Positions 1-10,824 of a stretch of DNA of 64,000 bases are shown one piece after another. Source of the stretch: a virus (lineage: Duplodnaviria > Caudoviricetes). Under the pieces are notes generated by a model. It was not told where the DNA came from, ran no database searches, and was given only the letters and a program-made list of their open reading frames with translations. The stretch covers positions 1 through 64,000 of the IMG/VR virus record IMGVR_UViG_3300042673_001351. One strand, written 5' to 3'. The translations under genes and the position numbers were made by a program. Each line of letters starts with the position of its first letter. Position 1 is the first letter of the stretch.

Positions 1-1914
1 ATTTGGCTTAAAGTAAATTTCTGAGTTTATGTCTGCGGTTCCTACTTTTGAAAAATTTCTATATTTATTTACATCTGCTGAGTTCTCTATCCAAATATTT
101 ATAAAGTTTGATCCATTATTTGAAACGTTTGTTTCTGTTAATGCGTCATAAATTGTAGAAGGGGTTAGTTCTTTTGGAATATACTGGTAACCTATTGCAT
201 CAAACTCTATTATTTCTGAGTCTATCATAAAGTATCCATTAAAATTAAATCCTGATTGAAACTTGCTGTACTTATCTAAAGTTCCTAAATCTAATATTAC
301 TTTAGTACTACTTGAAGTTAGAGTTTCTTTTAGTCCTCCAGCAATTAAATATGAGGTTGGTGACTGCCACAGGGGACCAGATGCGCCTAGATAGCTAGAT
401 GATATTGGGGTAGACCAAAGAACTTTAACTTGATTTGCTGATGCTATTTCTTTCTGATTAAAGCTAGCTATGTTTGGCAAATATGTACCGTCTTTTTCAT
501 AATAAAAATTCCAAGACTTTTCAGTTCTTGAATACATATAGTTTCTACTATAAAATTGCAGTATATTGTTTTCGTCCACTACAGCATTCATCTGTATGTC
601 TCTACATATCTCTTGAATATTTTCCCACACAGTCTTGCTTCCATCTGTCCAAAAATAATTAATAAATGGTATAGAATTATCTGTGTCAGATGTTAAATTA
701 AAAGAATAGTTTGTAAATCCTACTGAGTCTAGTAATCTTCTAATTACGGCTGTGGCTGGGTAGTACTCGCAAAGAATATCTGGTGCCACGGTTTCCATTA
801 AATACTTAGTGTTGTCTAATGCAGTTACTGTTGACTCCCCGTAGCTATCTATGTCCCAGTTGTCTACATAATAATACCCTTGAGATATTTTGTCGTACTT
901 TTTAGATCCTTCAGTAATTGCTCCATTTGAATGGTATATTTTAAAATACGGATTAATTATTGCATTTTTATATATATATGTTAATGAACTATCTAGCGTT
1001 GAGGTCCTATTATAGGAAATATATTGCGGTGCTGTTTGATTAAATTTTGCTAAACTTACGCTTAAACTATTAGCGGTTACTTTTCCAACTGGCAGTATGT
1101 CTTCTGAGCTGGATGAAGATTCTTTATTTATTTCAAATGATACTACATCTGATGATATATCTTTTACCCATCTTGCTGAGATCTCTATAAGACCAATTAT
1201 TTTCCCTGCCCCAGCGCTTGGAGTTGTAACTGTAACAGATTTAATTGATATTGGTGTTCCAAAAGATGTTGGCTCTGGTAGTGGGCTTGATGTCCATGAT
1301 GTTCCATTATAAGATAAAGATACGTTTCCATCAGAAGGGGTTGACAATGCACTTGCAATTGTAACCTGAGTATTATCTGACTTAGTTACTACTACTGTAT
1401 AGGTGGATGGAAGCGTGTGATTTTTTTCAAATCTTAATACAATTTTATTTGTAAGAGCATACTTTGTTCCAGATGTAGCATAATTTATTGTTACATTTGC
1501 TCCTGTATTTATTGGAGTAACCCAATACTTATAAAACGTTTCTACTCCTGGATAATATATTCTAGGTTGATTGTCTGGGTACTTTACAGACCTGTATGGT
1601 GAAAATGAATTTGTGTATGTATCGGCATCTGCCATAATAAAATATTTAATTCCTGAGCTTAAAGGCCTAAAAGGTTTTATTAGTGAGTCTACGGGAAATA
1701 ATTTTTTATAAGGATTTGGTCGGCTTGAAGGCCAAGATGCTTGTCCTATTGCATTAGTAATTTGACCTGTGTATGCCGAATCGGCAATATTGTTTGTTGC
1801 AGAAATATTATCTAGCATGTGGTTCATGTTATATTCAATATAGCATCCTGAGTCTATTTGAATGTTAGTATTGTTATAAAGAGTATTCTTTAAATTAGTT
1901 GAAGCTGTTATCAT
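1..1914 (-). CDS. Large minor tail / baseplate-type protein, 3' end outside window
   Basis: ATG at 1914 (MITASTNLKNTLYNNTNIQIDSGCYIEYNMN...) directly after the 157-aa gene. The frame appears to run off the window edge, which would explain its absence from the ORF track. Lies downstream of the tape measure. Confidence 0.7.
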   Translation of the reverse strand, partial: MITASTNLKNTLYNNTNIQIDSGCYIEYNMNHMLDNISATNNIADSAYTGQITNAIGQASWPSSRPNPYKKLFPVDSLIKPFRPLSSGIKYFIMADADTYTNSFSPYRSVKYPDNQPRIYYPGVETFYKYWVTPINTGANVTINYATSGTKYALTNKIVLRFEKNHTLPSTYTVVVTKSDNTQVTIASALSTPSDGNVSLSYNGTSWTSSPLPEPTSFGTPISIKSVTVTTPSAGAGKIIGLIEISARWVKDISSDVVSFEINKESSSSSEDILPVGKVTANSLSVSLAKFNQTAPQYISYNRTSTLDSSLTYIYKNAIINPYFKIYHSNGAITEGSKKYDKISQGYYYVDNWDIDSYGESTVTALDNTKYLMETVAPDILCEYYPATAVIRRLLDSVGFTNYSFNLTSDTDNSIPFINYFWTDGSKTVWENIQEICRDIQMNAVVDENNILQFYSRNYMYSRTEKSWNFYYEKDGTYLPNIASFNQKEIASANQVKVLWSTPISSSYLGASGPLWQSPTSYLIAGGLKETLTSSSTKVILDLGTLDKYSKFQSGFNFNGYFMIDSEIIEFDAIGYQYIPKELTPSTIYDALTETNVSNNGSNFINIWIENSADVNKYRNFSKVGTADINSEIYFKPN

Positions 1915-1915
1915 T

Positions 1916-2389
1916 TTAGACCTCTACCAGTGTTATTGATACATTCCAAAATGGCTGCATACCTCTTTTTAATACCGTAAAGTTGCAGTCGCTAAATACA
2001 ACTGTGTACTCTTCATAGTTTTCTGCCTCCTGATTAGTTCCATTTTTTGCTAAATTTACTCTAATATTAAATGATGACTGCCCTTGGGCACTACTGTAGA
2101 ATGTTCTTAAATCTTCTGCTCCCCATTCACCATCAACTGTTAATGTTCTATATGATGGAAGCATGTCCCAAGATAAGGTAAATGTCTTTTTATCTGCCAC
2201 AAAATATTTTCTAAGTGTTCCATTAGACATTCTTTGTTGTCTTTCAATACGCTCACTTGAAATATCAAATTGAGATCTGTTGTGTTCTGAAACTTTATTG
2301 TATTTTAATGAACCATCTCCGCCATTTGCAGATGCGTCATATCCTTGAATTTGAAGTATAGATCCTCTAGGCATTGTTACTGTTGTCAT
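1916..2389 (-). CDS. Putative distal tail (Dit-like) protein
   Basis: 157 aa, overlaps the tape measure stop; R(M)xNGTLRK motif typical of this gene position; function by synteny. Confidence 0.55.
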   Translation of the reverse strand: MTTVTMPRGSILQIQGYDASANGGDGSLKYNKVSEHNRSQFDISSERIERQQRMSNGTLRKYFVADKKTFTLSWDMLPSYRTLTVDGEWGAEDLRTFYSSAQGQSSFNIRVNLAKNGTNQEAENYEEYTVVFSDCNFTVLKRGMQPFWNVSITLVEV

Positions 2390-5300
2390 AATGTTCTACT
2401 CCTTCCAGAGGCTATTTCACGCATTTTCATTTCTCTATGAATTGATCTTGCTACATCGTTTGCGTCAAGATTTGATCCATTAAGTGTAACATTTATATTA
2501 TATAAAGAGTTAGATGACTTTGCTAACCCGCCTTGGGCGTAAGGAGTTCTTTGTACGTATCCGCCCATTGCATATTTTTTATTATTAAATGCTTCAAATG
2601 TTTGGACTCCATACTTTTTAACTGAATCAGCATTAATTACATATTCTCCATTTGAAAGCATCGCTGGGATAGAATCGGATGTTCCAGTTCCTGGACCATA
2701 GACTGCACCTCCTGGTTGATAATATTTAACATATCCACCCATCGCTTTTTTAACTGTTGACACTACTCCAATTCCAGAGTCGTCATCTATATTATAAGTT
2801 TTTCCTTTATATGTAAATTTATCACCCTCTTTTAAGCCTTCTGCTTTTATAAGATTTTTTAAATTATTCATATTTTTCCATGTCAGCGGATTATAAGCAT
2901 CTACAAAATTTCCGTAGTCTTTAGTTACTGATTTTGGACCAGTTTGACCAGAAAATTTACTTACAGCAGCGTCAAATCTGGTTACAGCTGATTGAAATAC
3001 TGAGTCTGACGCTCCCTTAGAACTCATTGAAGAATTCATCTTTGCCAATAAATTACTAGCCATACTTAATGGATTATTTTGACTATAAACCTGACCAGTA
3101 TACCCATATTCTTTTTCATATTGAGAATACATTTTTTTCTCATCGCTTGTTCCATTTTTTAATCCAATTAAAATTTCTGCAATTTGTTTTTTAATTCCTT
3201 CTTTGTCTGCACCAGGGGCTCGTCCTAAAATAGTTAATCTTTCAATTTCATCTCTAATATTTGTTAACTTGGCTAAATTTGCGCTTGTTTCTGCGGACTT
3301 GGCCATTGATGTTTGTATTCCTTTATTAAACTTATCTTCAGCGTCTTGTAGTTTTTGTTTTTGTGCTTCTTTTATTTTTACGTCTGCCTCTTGTTTTGCA
3401 TCAATTGCTGCAATTGCAGATTTCATTTGCTTTTCTTTGGTCAGTTGCTGTATGTCTAATTGTGCTTGCGCCGCTCTAGACATATCTCCAGCAGCTAAAG
3501 CATCTTGATACTCTAGTTGTTTCTTTTTAATTTCTATTGAGAATGATTCAGAGTCTTGTTGTTCCTGCAAAGCTTTTTTTCTAGCATTTGCCGCTTCATT
3601 AATTTTCTTTATTTCTAAATCTATTGCTTTTATTTTATTCTTATAATAATCTGCATCTTGTTTTTGAGCATTTTTAATTGATGTTGAATAATTTTTTGTA
3701 GCTGCAACAGCTTTAGAAATTGGATCAGCCAAAAATGACAATGGGTTATTTTTTCCTGTATCCTCTGTTATTTGATTCAATCCATTTTGTATTGTTGCAA
3801 GATTAGAAGTTAAATCAATTGCCTCTTGTCCAGACATCTTTGAAAGATCTATTACAGAGCCCAGCTCTGAGTTGTAAAGCAATATCTTTGCTGTTACGCT
3901 AGCTAAAGATTCTGCGTTGCCTAAAATAGATGCATATATTATATTTTGTTCTTTTAATTTATTTACCTGGTCAACAGACAGTTCATTATTTTTTCCATTA
4001 ATTTTTGTAATTTTTTCCATAGTAATTCTTAAAGATTCTGCTGAATCAATTATATTTTTAGGATCTACCGCATCTTTTGTGCCAATTAGTCCTTCTTGAT
4101 AAGCTAAAACTGAGTTTATTAAAGTATCCAGGCCTTGAGCAAATTCTTCTGGGTTAAAATTATCTACAGTGGATGCTTTGCTTAGGTTATTAAATAGTCG
4201 TGATAGTGCTGAGCTTTGATCTATAATGTTTTTAAAATCACTAGTTGTTACTGCAGAAAAGGCTTGGCTAGCTTTTTCTGAAGCTTTAATCATTGCAAAT
4301 ATTTGATTAGATGCTTCGGATGCAGATAGACCCATTGCAACAAATTGTGCCTTTAGGTCGGCTGCATATTTGTTTACTCCACTGCTATCAATTTTATTAA
4401 ATGCCTCTATATAATCGGTTTGATTCTTTTTGGCATCTTCAACGGCCTTATTTAGTTCAGCTATGCTTAATGTAATTCCAGTTGGTCCATTTTTTGTATA
4501 CTGTTCATATGCAGATTGAGCTTTAACTTTGTTTAATTCTATTTGCTCATTAACTTCTTTTATTCTATCTGAGAGGGTTTTAAATTTAGTAATTCCAACA
4601 GATGCAAATGATTCCTGAGTCCCACCAAATGCTAGCCTATTTGCTTTACCTGCATCTTCTGCATTCTTTTTAATATCTAATAATACTTTTCCAACACCAA
4701 GCAATGCACCTATAAATGCACCAGGAATTGTTAATTTTCCAAGTACAGAAGCAAGTTTTGTAACTATTCCTACTCCTTGAGAAAGTCCTGCAAACATAGG
4801 CATCATTGATGCCATGCTAGATGCAATCATTATGGCTTGCCCTGCGCCACCACCAATCATGCTTCCCGCCGCCATGCCGCCCATTCCAATTCCTAATGAG
4901 GCGCCCGTACCCATTCTTGGCATTTGGCCATTAGTTAACATAGACTTACCGTAAGGATTTTTAAGTCCAGATGTAAATGCTGAGGTAACTCCGTTGGCAT
5001 ATTTCTGAACTGGCATTCCTACGCCAGTAACTCCATTTTTAAATCCAAGCATTCTATCTACTGGGTATCCTTGGTTCATTAATGTAATTGCATTTTGATT
5101 TCCAGATGTTGCAGTTTTTGTTACAACTGATTCTCCTGGTTCAAGGAGCGCTGGGACTATATCTCCCCCGCCATATCCTGGTAATTGTGAAACTCCATTT
5201 TTAAATGGCGTAGGCACAAGATTGCCACGTCCCCAGAATGGATCTGATGGACGAGCAGCGGAGGCAGATGACTGGCTCATCATTGGAAGGAATGCTGATC

Positions 5301-8300
5301 TTATTCCTCTAATTGAAGCCTGGTTAAGCATGTCGCCAAATATTTGTTCTGTTATTGGCCCCTTACTGTTTGCAATTTTATCATTTAAAACATCTGCGGC
5401 TCTTGCTGCAATACGATTAGCTGCTTGTACGTTTACACCTTGTTCTTTTAAGAAATATTTAAGGCTTACCATATCGTCTCCAGTAACTGGTGCCCAGTCA
5501 GCAGAAGTAGCAATACCTTTATTTAAATTTTTATTAAATCCTTCTCTATTTTTAACAAATTGTGTTGGAAGAAGTTGCACATAAGGCTTGTTTGTTTTAC
5601 CAGTCATATTAAGAGATGACAATTGATCTCCTGGAATCATTGGAGCAGATTGACCTGGGAGGGTTGTTAAATTTCTTGTTCTATTTCTAAATGCTTTTCC
5701 AATTCCATGAACTAGAACTTGGTTTTCATCATCTATTCCAGGTTTTGTTGGAGTAATTCCATATTTAATTATTTCTGGATCTTTGTACAAATCACCTTGT
5801 CGTTTAGAAAATTCTCTATAAGTTTTGCCAGCTCCTTGTTCAACGTGTGCTGCAGTACTCATTCCCCTGCTTCTTGATGTTACACGTTCTCCCCTTTGTG
5901 CTGCTAAATATGTTGCAGCTTGTCCAGCAGAAGGAACTCTAGAGCCACCAATTCTTCCTGCTTGTTCTGAAAACGATCTCAATAGTTTTGAAGCGCCCTT
6001 AGCCTGAATTCGATTTGTAAACCTTGGAAGCCTTAATCCTAATGCGGTAACTCCGCCAGCAAACTTTTTAGGCATTGTTGTTTCTGTTGAGTACCCGCCT
6101 CCCCAAGTTCTTACTCCTAATGATTTAGCAATTTTATCAAGAATTCCAGATGCTTTTCTATTTGGTCTAAATATTTCTTTAATGTTTGATTTTCCAGTAT
6201 TACTTACAATTGGCTGATTAACTAAAGGAACTTGAGTTAAGTTTGCAGTTCTTCCTAGTCCCGCTGCTACTTGTGATGTTGTTTGAGCCATTAATCTTTC
6301 TAGTTCAGCATTAACTGCAATAATTTTTGTACGAGCCGCATCTACTGTTATTTTACCAGACTGAAGCTGTCTAACAATTGCTGCTGACTCTGTTGCTGCA
6401 TTCGATGTTAGTTTTGTCATCGCTGGTAGGAGTTGACCAAATGTACTGTTTATTTCTGCGCTGAATGTTCCAGTTCTAGCAATTTCTTTTTTAAGCGCAG
6501 CAACTTCTTGTTTTGTCATCATAGACAAAGAACCCATCATTGCATGCCACTTTGCTGCTTCTCCTGCAACAATTCCAGTTGAAACTCCTTTAGAAGTTGT
6601 TAGTCCTTCATATTGTGGGAAATTGTCTCCCATGAATATTTGTGGCACCGCTCCTATTTTTTGATTTACAGGAATTGGTGCTGGTGTTACTGAGTGAATA
6701 GTTTGTGAATCTCTTTGTGCTTGAGACATTCCAGATCTTGGGTTATGGTGTGCTGCTGCTCTAGTTCCTGGTTTTCCGACAAGTGGGTGAGATGGATTTA
6801 CGCTGCCAGCCATTATTGCTGTTCCACCAACAGTTGAAACGGCTGGGTTTACGGCAACTGCTGCTGACATCGCTCTTTGTTCTAATGTTGCAAACTCTGC
6901 GGACAAAGATGATATTGCTTGTTTTAATACAGCAGCGGCTTTTGCATCGCTATAGAATGTTTGTTCAACTAAATTTCCAGCCTTTTGTGCTGCAAGTATT
7001 TCTGGCGTTAGTAGTTTCCAGCCTTCTCCACCTTTGAAGAAAGACCTAAAGTGTGAAGCTCCTTTAATAATATATCCAAAAAAGTTTGCAAGTACACCAG
7101 TTAACATAATTAATGGACCAGATGCAGCAGTGATCATTCCAATAAATCCTAATGCTTGTTTAATTGGTTTTGGTAAAGATTGTGCAAAATCCAATATTCC
7201 GTTAATAAACTTTATTAAAGAAGTATTAATTTTTAAGAATTGTTCGCCAACGCCAGCTAGATCTGCTTTTAATCCTTCTATTGCTCTACGATACTTACCA
7301 GATGCAGATTCTGTTACAGCTGCTAATTCTCGATCAGCTAGGTTTCCTAATTCTTGAGAGCTTGCTTTCATTAAATCTAATACTTGCAAAGTTTGACTTC
7401 CCTGTTTTCCAAGATTTTCAAATAATGCATTCATACGAGCAAATTGAAATTTACCAAACAGTTGCTCTAAAGCTTGCTGTTTCTGTAAAGGATTCAATGT
7501 CTCTAATGCTGACTGTAGCTCTAATATAGTTGCTGTTGTGTCTCCTGCATTTCTTTGAACTATATCTGTTAAAGATATTCCAAAACCCTCAAACATTCCT
7601 TTTGCTACTTTAGTTGGATTAATTAAAGAAGCTAAACCAGATTTTAATGCGTTTGCTCCTTCTGAAGCATTAATTCCGCCTTCTCTCATTGCAGTTAAAT
7701 AAAGAGCAAGATCTTTTACGTCTCCACCAAGACCTTTAACAATTGGACCCGCTTTAGGAATTGCTTCTACTAAATCGTTTAGGGTAGTTGAAGTTTGGTT
7801 TTCTACTGCGTTAAGAAAGTTAATTGATTCAGACAACTCTTCTGTATTTTGTTTAAATGCTGTTTGAATTGCAAGTGTTGCTTTCATTGCATCTTGTCTA
7901 TCTACTTCACCAAGAACTGCTAAGCGAGTAGTTTCTTTAATTGAACCAAGTAATTCGTTTCCTTGTTTTCCAGTAGCTGCAATGTCCGCAGCCAACGCAA
8001 TTGTTTCTGTAAATGAGCTACCGTATGCTTTAGCTATTTCATTTGCGGTTTGAATTACGTCTTGCCTTACTTTGCCAAGTTCTTGTGATGAAACTGCTGC
8101 AATTCCGCCATAAACTTTTGTTAATCTTACAAGTTGTTGATCAGCGTTTTTAAATGCATCTGCAGAGGCTTTTCCAAATGCTAAAAGTGGTACTGTTAAT
8201 CCTACTGTTAATTGACGTCCAGCCCACTGTGTATTTTTACCCCAGTTAATTAATTGCCCAGCACCTTCTTGAATAACTTTATTCATAATCATTAATTCTT

Positions 8301-8766
8301 GCTTGGCTATTGCTGTTTTGTTTTTAACTACATCTAAGCCTCTTGGTATATGAACATTGTATTGCATCATACCTTCGGCATTTCTGCCCAGTGGTTGAAG
8401 AACTGAATTTTGTAGTTGTACTTGCTGTTTTGCTAAATCTCTTATTAATCCACCGTTTGATTTTATGTGTTGTGAATAAGTTTGAAAAAACTTACCAAGC
8501 TTCATCTGGCCTTTATCTAATTGAGAGCCAAATTTTTCTACGTCTGAACTTAAGCTAACAAAGTGTGTTGAGAATTGACCTGTGCTTCGCATTGTTTCTG
8601 CAAAGGATCTATTCATTACAGCAACTTGCGCTGCTAATGTTTTATTGGTTGCTTGTAGTTTGTCTTGTAAACCTGTTAAGGCTGAAGATACCTTATTAAG
8701 ATCTGTAATAAGATTTGAGAAATCAGATTTAGCAACTATATTCGTTACTATTTGTTCTTCAGCCAT
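2386..8766 (-). CDS. Tail tape measure protein (TP901-like core)
   Basis: 2126 aa, Ala/Gly/Leu-rich helical sequence; EGGINASEGANALKS core; GPGTGTSDSIPAMLSNGEYV motif; follows the tail chaperones. Confidence 0.95.
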   Translation of the reverse strand: MAEEQIVTNIVAKSDFSNLITDLNKVSSALTGLQDKLQATNKTLAAQVAVMNRSFAETMRSTGQFSTHFVSLSSDVEKFGSQLDKGQMKLGKFFQTYSQHIKSNGGLIRDLAKQQVQLQNSVLQPLGRNAEGMMQYNVHIPRGLDVVKNKTAIAKQELMIMNKVIQEGAGQLINWGKNTQWAGRQLTVGLTVPLLAFGKASADAFKNADQQLVRLTKVYGGIAAVSSQELGKVRQDVIQTANEIAKAYGSSFTETIALAADIAATGKQGNELLGSIKETTRLAVLGEVDRQDAMKATLAIQTAFKQNTEELSESINFLNAVENQTSTTLNDLVEAIPKAGPIVKGLGGDVKDLALYLTAMREGGINASEGANALKSGLASLINPTKVAKGMFEGFGISLTDIVQRNAGDTTATILELQSALETLNPLQKQQALEQLFGKFQFARMNALFENLGKQGSQTLQVLDLMKASSQELGNLADRELAAVTESASGKYRRAIEGLKADLAGVGEQFLKINTSLIKFINGILDFAQSLPKPIKQALGFIGMITAASGPLIMLTGVLANFFGYIIKGASHFRSFFKGGEGWKLLTPEILAAQKAGNLVEQTFYSDAKAAAVLKQAISSLSAEFATLEQRAMSAAVAVNPAVSTVGGTAIMAGSVNPSHPLVGKPGTRAAAHHNPRSGMSQAQRDSQTIHSVTPAPIPVNQKIGAVPQIFMGDNFPQYEGLTTSKGVSTGIVAGEAAKWHAMMGSLSMMTKQEVAALKKEIARTGTFSAEINSTFGQLLPAMTKLTSNAATESAAIVRQLQSGKITVDAARTKIIAVNAELERLMAQTTSQVAAGLGRTANLTQVPLVNQPIVSNTGKSNIKEIFRPNRKASGILDKIAKSLGVRTWGGGYSTETTMPKKFAGGVTALGLRLPRFTNRIQAKGASKLLRSFSEQAGRIGGSRVPSAGQAATYLAAQRGERVTSRSRGMSTAAHVEQGAGKTYREFSKRQGDLYKDPEIIKYGITPTKPGIDDENQVLVHGIGKAFRNRTRNLTTLPGQSAPMIPGDQLSSLNMTGKTNKPYVQLLPTQFVKNREGFNKNLNKGIATSADWAPVTGDDMVSLKYFLKEQGVNVQAANRIAARAADVLNDKIANSKGPITEQIFGDMLNQASIRGIRSAFLPMMSQSSASAARPSDPFWGRGNLVPTPFKNGVSQLPGYGGGDIVPALLEPGESVVTKTATSGNQNAITLMNQGYPVDRMLGFKNGVTGVGMPVQKYANGVTSAFTSGLKNPYGKSMLTNGQMPRMGTGASLGIGMGGMAAGSMIGGGAGQAIMIASSMASMMPMFAGLSQGVGIVTKLASVLGKLTIPGAFIGALLGVGKVLLDIKKNAEDAGKANRLAFGGTQESFASVGITKFKTLSDRIKEVNEQIELNKVKAQSAYEQYTKNGPTGITLSIAELNKAVEDAKKNQTDYIEAFNKIDSSGVNKYAADLKAQFVAMGLSASEASNQIFAMIKASEKASQAFSAVTTSDFKNIIDQSSALSRLFNNLSKASTVDNFNPEEFAQGLDTLINSVLAYQEGLIGTKDAVDPKNIIDSAESLRITMEKITKINGKNNELSVDQVNKLKEQNIIYASILGNAESLASVTAKILLYNSELGSVIDLSKMSGQEAIDLTSNLATIQNGLNQITEDTGKNNPLSFLADPISKAVAATKNYSTSIKNAQKQDADYYKNKIKAIDLEIKKINEAANARKKALQEQQDSESFSIEIKKKQLEYQDALAAGDMSRAAQAQLDIQQLTKEKQMKSAIAAIDAKQEADVKIKEAQKQKLQDAEDKFNKGIQTSMAKSAETSANLAKLTNIRDEIERLTILGRAPGADKEGIKKQIAEILIGLKNGTSDEKKMYSQYEKEYGYTGQVYSQNNPLSMASNLLAKMNSSMSSKGASDSVFQSAVTRFDAAVSKFSGQTGPKSVTKDYGNFVDAYNPLTWKNMNNLKNLIKAEGLKEGDKFTYKGKTYNIDDDSGIGVVSTVKKAMGGYVKYYQPGGAVYGPGTGTSDSIPAMLSNGEYVINADSVKKYGVQTFEAFNNKKYAMGGYVQRTPYAQGGLAKSSNSLYNINVTLNGSNLDANDVARSIHREMKMREIASGRSRTL

Positions 8767-8776
8767 TAACTATATT

Positions 8777-9145
8777 CTACCCCTTAGAGTATCCTAACCC
8801 TGCCCCAATACCAAATCCTTGCTGTGCTGCAAGTGGGCCTTGTAAGGAAACTACATCATCTCCTGATGCATCTATTCCTAAAGCCTTTCTTTGTATATCT
8901 TCGAAGGTTGGACCTTCTGTTTTTTCTTCTTCGTTTAAGTTTACACCTTGTAAAGAAGCCAAGAATTTTCTTTTTTCTTCTTCAGTCTTTTGCATAGACT
9001 TAAATGTTTGTATTAACTCTGGCATTGAAAGACTTTCTTCCAGTTCTTCGTAATTTTTCCAATTACCTAAAAGAAAAACTTCTCCTAGCAAAGCGGCTAA
9101 ATCTAGTTCTGACCAGCCAGAACCGCTGCCGCTAGAAGGTTTGGG
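8777..9145 (-). CDS. Tail assembly chaperone, frameshifted (GT) segment
   Basis: The -1 frame is open from the CCCAAAC slippery site (PKPSSGSGSGWSELDLAALLGEVFLLGNW...) to the stop at 8777. Confidence 0.8.
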   Translation of the reverse strand, partial: PKPSSGSGSGWSELDLAALLGEVFLLGNWKNYEELEESLSMPELIQTFKSMQKTEEEKRKFLASLQGVNLNEEEKTEGPTFEDIQRKALGIDASGDDVVSLQGPLAAQQGFGIGAGLGYSKG

Positions 9146-9435
9146 TCGTCAAGCTTGATCCCTCCGCAAACGTCAAGAATGCGATTGATTGTTGGCATGT
9201 CCAAAGCTTCTTCTAGTAAATCTTTATTTGCTACCAAATCTGGTAACTGTGACTGTATCGCAATTCCACATGCGTTAATTAGAATTGTTAATGTTTCGTC
9301 TTCATTTTCTGCCGATTGTGTTTTTTGAATCTCTGCCATAAACAGGCGTAGGGCCTTAATGCTTAGTGGCTTTAATTTAATCTTCGAACCATTTTGCAGT
9401 TCAATTTCTTCTACATTGTATACGGTTGTAGCCAA
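9103..9435 (-). CDS. Tail assembly chaperone (G)
   Basis: 110 aa between tail tube and tape measure; GGAGG RBS. Confidence 0.8.
   Translation of the reverse strand: MATTVYNVEEIELQNGSKIKLKPLSIKALRLFMAEIQKTQSAENEDETLTILINACGIAIQSQLPDLVANKDLLEEALDMPTINRILDVCGGIKLDDPNLLAAAVLAGQN
9139..9145 (-). other. Programmed -1 ribosomal frameshift heptamer C CCA AAC
   Basis: X XXY YYZ heptamer in frame (GAC CCA AAC); the -1 frame joins the downstream ORF. Confidence 0.8.
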
Positions 9436-9490
9436 TTTATCCTCCTAGGATCGTCTAAATTATTATAACATATAGGTATTATCACTACAA

Positions 9491-9521
9491 ATAGAAAGAC
9501 CCCCAAATTAATGGGGGTCTC
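9491..9521 (-). terminator. Intrinsic terminator after the major tail gene
   Basis: Minus strand AGACCCCCA-TTAATT-TGGGGGTCT followed by TTCTATTT. Confidence 0.75.
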
Positions 9522-9541
9522 TATAATTTAATTAATTTAAA

Positions 9542-10204
9542 TTAAACTGTTAATACACGGTCAATAATCTTGCCGTATTCTGCTCCTGCATATGCTGCAT
9601 CTGGAAGAAGACGGAATGTTACTGGGAATGTGGTTGCCTGTGAACGAGCCAAAGAGAACTGTGACTGTTGTACTGACAAAACACGACGTGCATAATATAC
9701 ACGCTCTGTTGCCGTGGCAGCTGCTGTTGGTGCTGCACCGACTGCAATTAATTGACGCTCTGTTGCAGCTGCTCCAAGAGCACCTGCCTCAAGACCTAGA
9801 GTCTCTGTTGCTGTTAGTCCTGTACCTGTTTCTGTTAATGTAGCAGCTCGTTGTCCGAAAACTACTAGAACGTTTTCTAGTGTTCCTTCGGCCATTTCTG
9901 TTGCGATCATAACCTCCATCGCAGACTTGAACAGCTTAGCTGTATCAAGTAGCTGATCTACTGTTACTGAATCGTATGTTGGGTTGTAAGTGATTTGAAG
10001 ACCGTTGTTGGTATAACCAACGTTACGATACTTTGAACCAGCTAAACCGTTTAGTGTATCTGTGTATGACTCTCCAGATACGTATGCAGCTGCTGCTGCT
10101 GAACCTGGCTCTTGTACTACATAACCTGACTGTGTTGAGTCTTTTTCAGAAATGAAAAGTGGTGATGCACCTACAAGAATATTCTTGGCATTGTTAAATG
10201 ACAT
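9542..10204 (-). CDS. Major tail (tube) protein
   Basis: 220 aa; VGYTNNGLQITYNP motif; strong GGAGG RBS; synteny. Confidence 0.8.
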   Translation of the reverse strand: MSFNNAKNILVGASPLFISEKDSTQSGYVVQEPGSAAAAAYVSGESYTDTLNGLAGSKYRNVGYTNNGLQITYNPTYDSVTVDQLLDTAKLFKSAMEVMIATEMAEGTLENVLVVFGQRAATLTETGTGLTATETLGLEAGALGAAATERQLIAVGAAPTAAATATERVYYARRVLSVQQSQFSLARSQATTFPVTFRLLPDAAYAGAEYGKIIDRVLTV

Positions 10205-10311
10205 TTACTACCTCCTGTATTTCAATATATATATATTTAAATCCTAAAATCAAGCTGGCTAGGCTTCTTTCCTCTAGGTCAATTATACGGAACAAGTTGA
10301 CTAAAAGCAAC

Positions 10312-10824
10312 CTATAGGAATCTTCCTGCCTGGTCTGTTATTCTAGAGTATTTAACCTCTAATGTTATATCTGCTGAAAGGAACCCCTGTAGCTCTTGAG
10401 AAGGTGCCGTTGGGGATATATCTGCTATAAATATACTATGGAATTTAAATTTATCATTTATATCATCTGATTTATTTATGTCTCCAGCAGAGTCGTCCAT
10501 ACGTCTAAATAGGTCGGTTATTAGATTTCGAATTTCTGATATTTCAGAAACATCTGTGGAGTAGACAGTAAATAGTATTTGCTCACAGCATATTAGCCAA
10601 TTTTCTTCATACGATAATCCAACCTTGTCATATACAATATGCTTTTTCCCGCTTAAAAATTGATTCATTTCTGGGGACTGTTGAACTGGAATAATAGGGA
10701 TTATGACGTCTCCAAGAGAATCGCTATAATACTCTTCTGGATCAAAGACATTATACGAGCATAGGTTTTCCCATAAATACTTTCTAATTTCAAACATGGC
10801 GTCTAATTTATAATTGGCTGTCAT
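10312..10824 (-). CDS. Putative tail terminator protein
   Basis: 170 aa immediately upstream of the tail tube gene; synteny. Confidence 0.55.
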   Translation of the reverse strand: MTANYKLDAMFEIRKYLWENLCSYNVFDPEEYYSDSLGDVIIPIIPVQQSPEMNQFLSGKKHIVYDKVGLSYEENWLICCEQILFTVYSTDVSEISEIRNLITDLFRRMDDSAGDINKSDDINDKFKFHSIFIADISPTAPSQELQGFLSADITLEVKYSRITDQAGRFL

